This document shows, piece by piece, positions 24,693 through 27,144 of a DNA stretch of 27,144 nt. The stretch comes from Acidobacteriota bacterium. GTDB taxonomy: Bacteria > Acidobacteriota > Thermoanaerobaculia > Multivoradales > UBA5704. How positions within the stretch are numbered: position 1 is the first letter of the stretch; each line of letters opens with the position of its first letter. A program made the position numbers and the translations under genes. The notes under the pieces were generated by a model. The model had not been told where the DNA came from. It saw nothing but the letters and a program-made list of their open reading frames with translations, and searched no databases. The DNA is taken from assembly GCA_040005235.1 (NCBI GenBank), contig JBDTZG010000068.1, positions 1 to 27,144 of the forward strand. Reading direction: 5' to 3'.

Positions 24693-25865
24693 ATGACAGT
24701 CGTCGCCCCGTTCGACGCTCCCGATCCGCGAACCATCGCCACCGCGATAGGCCGCCGCGTGCTGGGACAGGAGGTCGCCGTGCGGGAGATGGCGGTGGCC
24801 CTGGCGAAGCACCTGGGGGGGTTGGCGACCGGCAACATCCTGATGATCGGCTCTTCCGGGAGCGGGAAGACCACCTTGATGCGGGCGGTCGAGTCGTATT
24901 TGGCGGAGGAGCCCGCGCTCGCCGGCCGGTCCACGGTGGTTCGCATTCACGCAAACGTACTGGCCGAGGAGGCCGAGCGGGGACGGCCCGGTGAGGCCGT
25001 GCTGGGGCGGCTGATGCAGCGCGCCCGCGAGCAGTTGGGACCTCAGGCTCCCGTGCAGCAGATGATCGCGCGGGCGAAGAGCGGCTTGGTGTTCGTCGAC
25101 GAGGTGGACAAAATCCGCTCGCTGATCGGCGGCGGAGTGAACATCCCCGGCCTGCGCGCTCAGGAAGCCCTGCTCACCCTGATCGAAAACGAGGCGGTGC
25201 CGTTCGAGCTGCCTGAGTGGTCGGGCGGCGGCACTACGGTGATCGATTCCTCCGGCCTGCTGTTCGTCTGCGCGGGGGCGTTCGAGGGGCTGTACGACAA
25301 CGTCTACGACCGAGTGACGATCGGCCGCGACAAAGGCGCCCTCCAACCGACGATCATGGTCGAAGGGGGAAAAGTCCGCGAGGAGATGCGCTTCGAGCTG
25401 CGCCGCTTCCTGCGCAACGAGGACCTGTTCGATTACGGCCTGTCGCCGCAGTTCCTGTCGCGGTTCGACGCCGTGGTCCTGCTCGAAAACCTCGGGGTGG
25501 ACGAGTTGATCCGGATCTTCCTCGACGCACCCGACTCGGCCTATCGGCAGAGTTGCGCCTATTTCGAGAGCCGCGGTCTGCATCTCGCGCTCTCGCCCGC
25601 CGCCGCGCGGCGGATCGCGGTCGAGGCCGAGCGGGCGAACCGGCTTGGCGCCCGCGCGCTCAAAGAGGTCTTCCGGCGGGTAATCCGTGACTACGAGTTC
25701 GAGCCCGAGCGGGCGGCGAGCGAAGGTTCGCTGCTGATCGACCTGCCGGAGGTCGAGGCCGCTCTCGCTCGCGGCATGGCCCCTCCCTCCAAGACGCCGA
25801 CCGGAGCCTCCGGATCGGCCGATCCGAAATCCCATCGAGCTTCCGCTTCAGGAGGTGGTCGTTGA
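24693..25865 (+). CDS. ClpX/HslU-like AAA+ ATPase (divergent, no N-terminal zinc-binding domain)
   Basis: VLGQE, Walker A GSSGSGKT, Walker B VFVDEVDK, QEALLTLIE, LFVCAGAFEGL, YGLSPQFLSRF, LGARALK. Confidence 0.8.
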   Translation: MTVVAPFDAPDPRTIATAIGRRVLGQEVAVREMAVALAKHLGGLATGNILMIGSSGSGKTTLMRAVESYLAEEPALAGRSTVVRIHANVLAEEAERGRPGEAVLGRLMQRAREQLGPQAPVQQMIARAKSGLVFVDEVDKIRSLIGGGVNIPGLRAQEALLTLIENEAVPFELPEWSGGGTTVIDSSGLLFVCAGAFEGLYDNVYDRVTIGRDKGALQPTIMVEGGKVREEMRFELRRFLRNEDLFDYGLSPQFLSRFDAVVLLENLGVDELIRIFLDAPDSAYRQSCAYFESRGLHLALSPAAARRIAVEAERANRLGARALKEVFRRVIRDYEFEPERAASEGSLLIDLPEVEAALARGMAPPSKTPTGASGSADPKSHRASASGGGR

Positions 25866-26923
25866 CGCACCCGCCGTTGCTCCGCGCGCTCGTTTTAAAA
25901 ACTGCTCTCGCTTCGACGTTGCTCGTCGGGATCGCCCCGGCCGCGGCGCAGAAATCTCCTCCCCAAGCGGTCCAACCGATCAAGCCGGCGCCGGTCAAGC
26001 CCAACGTCGCGCGGGCTCGGGAGCTGATCGACGCGGGGAAGGCGGCCCAGGCGCTGCCGCTGCTCGACCAGACCCTCGGCGCGACCCCTTCCGACGCCCA
26101 GGCGCTCCTGCTGCGAAGCACCGCGCGCTTCCAAACCGGCGACCTCGAAGGGGGAAGGAAGGACCTGGAGCGCTCGCTCGCGCTCGATCCCAAGCAACGC
26201 CAGGCGTGGCTCAACCGCGGCGCGCTGGATTTGGCGGAAAAACGCTACGACCGCGCGCTCGAAGCGTTCCAAGAGGGGGAAAAGCTCGATCCGGCCGCCC
26301 CCGACAACGACATCAACCTGGGCGCGGTACTGCTTCTCAAAAGCGACCTTCAGGGGGCGAGTTCGCGTTTTCGCCGCTACCTCGCCGCCCAGCCGAATTC
26401 GGCCGAGGCGCACTACCTGGTGGCGAGCAATTACGCGCTCGCGGGCTACGCTGCCTTGGCGGTCGAGACCCTGCGCCGCGCCGTCGAGATCGACGAGCGG
26501 ACCCGCCAGCGGGCGCGAAACGACCCCAACTTCTCAGGCTTGGACGAGAACAAGGCATTCCTCGATCTGCTCGCGACCGATTCGTACCAGCTCCCTCCGG
26601 GCGCCTATGCCGTGCGCCGCACCTATCCGCTCCCCTATTCGGAAGATGGCCGGCTGGTCCAGGCAGTGGTGCAAGCGATGCGCGCCGCGGGCGAGAAGCT
26701 CGAACCGACGTTCGAAAGCGGGCGCGGCTGGACGATCCTCTGGGGCGATCTGCGTATCAAGGTCTCCGGCGCGCCGGACCAACCCGGAACGGTCGAGATC
26801 AGCGCCCCGGTCGAGCGGATGAACGCCGCGGACTGGAAACGCCGGACCGACAAGCTTCTCGCCGCGATCGCCGTCGAAGCGGAGAAGCTCAAGAAGCCGT
26901 CGTTCAAGCCGGGGAAGCCTTGA
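25862..26923 (+). CDS. Secreted tetratricopeptide-repeat protein
   Basis: TTG start overlapping the ATPase stop (TTGA) with AGGAGGT RBS; signal peptide ending AAA-QK; TPR motifs (GDLEGGRKDLERSLALDP, AWLNRG, AEAHYLVA). Confidence 0.8.
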   Translation: MTHPPLLRALVLKTALASTLLVGIAPAAAQKSPPQAVQPIKPAPVKPNVARARELIDAGKAAQALPLLDQTLGATPSDAQALLLRSTARFQTGDLEGGRKDLERSLALDPKQRQAWLNRGALDLAEKRYDRALEAFQEGEKLDPAAPDNDINLGAVLLLKSDLQGASSRFRRYLAAQPNSAEAHYLVASNYALAGYAALAVETLRRAVEIDERTRQRARNDPNFSGLDENKAFLDLLATDSYQLPPGAYAVRRTYPLPYSEDGRLVQAVVQAMRAAGEKLEPTFESGRGWTILWGDLRIKVSGAPDQPGTVEISAPVERMNAADWKRRTDKLLAAIAVEAEKLKKPSFKPGKP

Positions 26924-26965
26924 AGAAGAGTAGCGGTTGAACTGAGCCGGACTTTCCCCGCCCCT

Positions 26966-27144
26966 TCAATTCCCGCGCGCCATCAGCTGGACGAAGTCGG
27001 CCTCGGTGAGGATTCCGACCAGCAGGCGGTCGTCGAGTACCGGCAGGCAGCCGTATTTGTTCTCGTACATGATCTGCGCCGCTTCGCGGAGGTCGGTGGT
27101 GGGGGTGACCGTGCGGACTTCGCGCACCATCGCCTCTTCGATCG
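26966..27144 (-). CDS. CBS-domain protein, 3' part (runs off the window)
   Basis: Manual translation: IEEAMVREVRTVTPTTDLREAAQIMYENKYGCLPVLDDRLLVGILTEADFVQLMARGN*, a typical CBS repeat. Not in the ORF track. Confidence 0.85.
   Translation of the reverse strand, partial: IEEAMVREVRTVTPTTDLREAAQIMYENKYGCLPVLDDRLLVGILTEADFVQLMARGN

Overview
High-GC bacterial window, about 20 genes. The gene content (asd-lysC-dapB-dapA-dapD operon, large Asp-box/VPS10-like protein, the TPR family seen here) suggests Acidobacteriota, probably Thermoanaerobaculia-like; this is inference. Left arm, all minus strand, listed in transcription order: a DsbD-N-like protein with a probable CTG start; a secreted redoxin; a sigma70 promoter driving a 107-aa acidic protein with a histone-fold-like helix pattern and a polytopic membrane/GAF/Zn-ribbon Ser/Thr kinase; an 83-aa secreted prepeptide carrying two copies of [DE]RG[GV]T[IV]DPNG with its own terminator; a cytoplasmic TPR protein with an N-terminal His/Cys (anti-sigma-like) zinc motif; an S9 peptidase fused to a YVTN propeller; and a large Asp-box protein. 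Right arm: mtaB-like methylthiotransferase, the lysine/DAP operon, a PHP/truncated-GT4 gene divergent from GT2 and GT28-like glycosyltransferases, a divergent ClpX-like ATPase with a secreted TPR protein, and a partial CBS protein. The best candidates for undescribed systems are (1) the DPNG-repeat peptide plus TPR receptor pair, a possible Rap/Phr- or RRNPP-like peptide signalling cassette in a diderm, and (2) the histone-fold-like protein plus membrane kinase operon. No rRNA, tRNA, CRISPR array or mobile element was seen.
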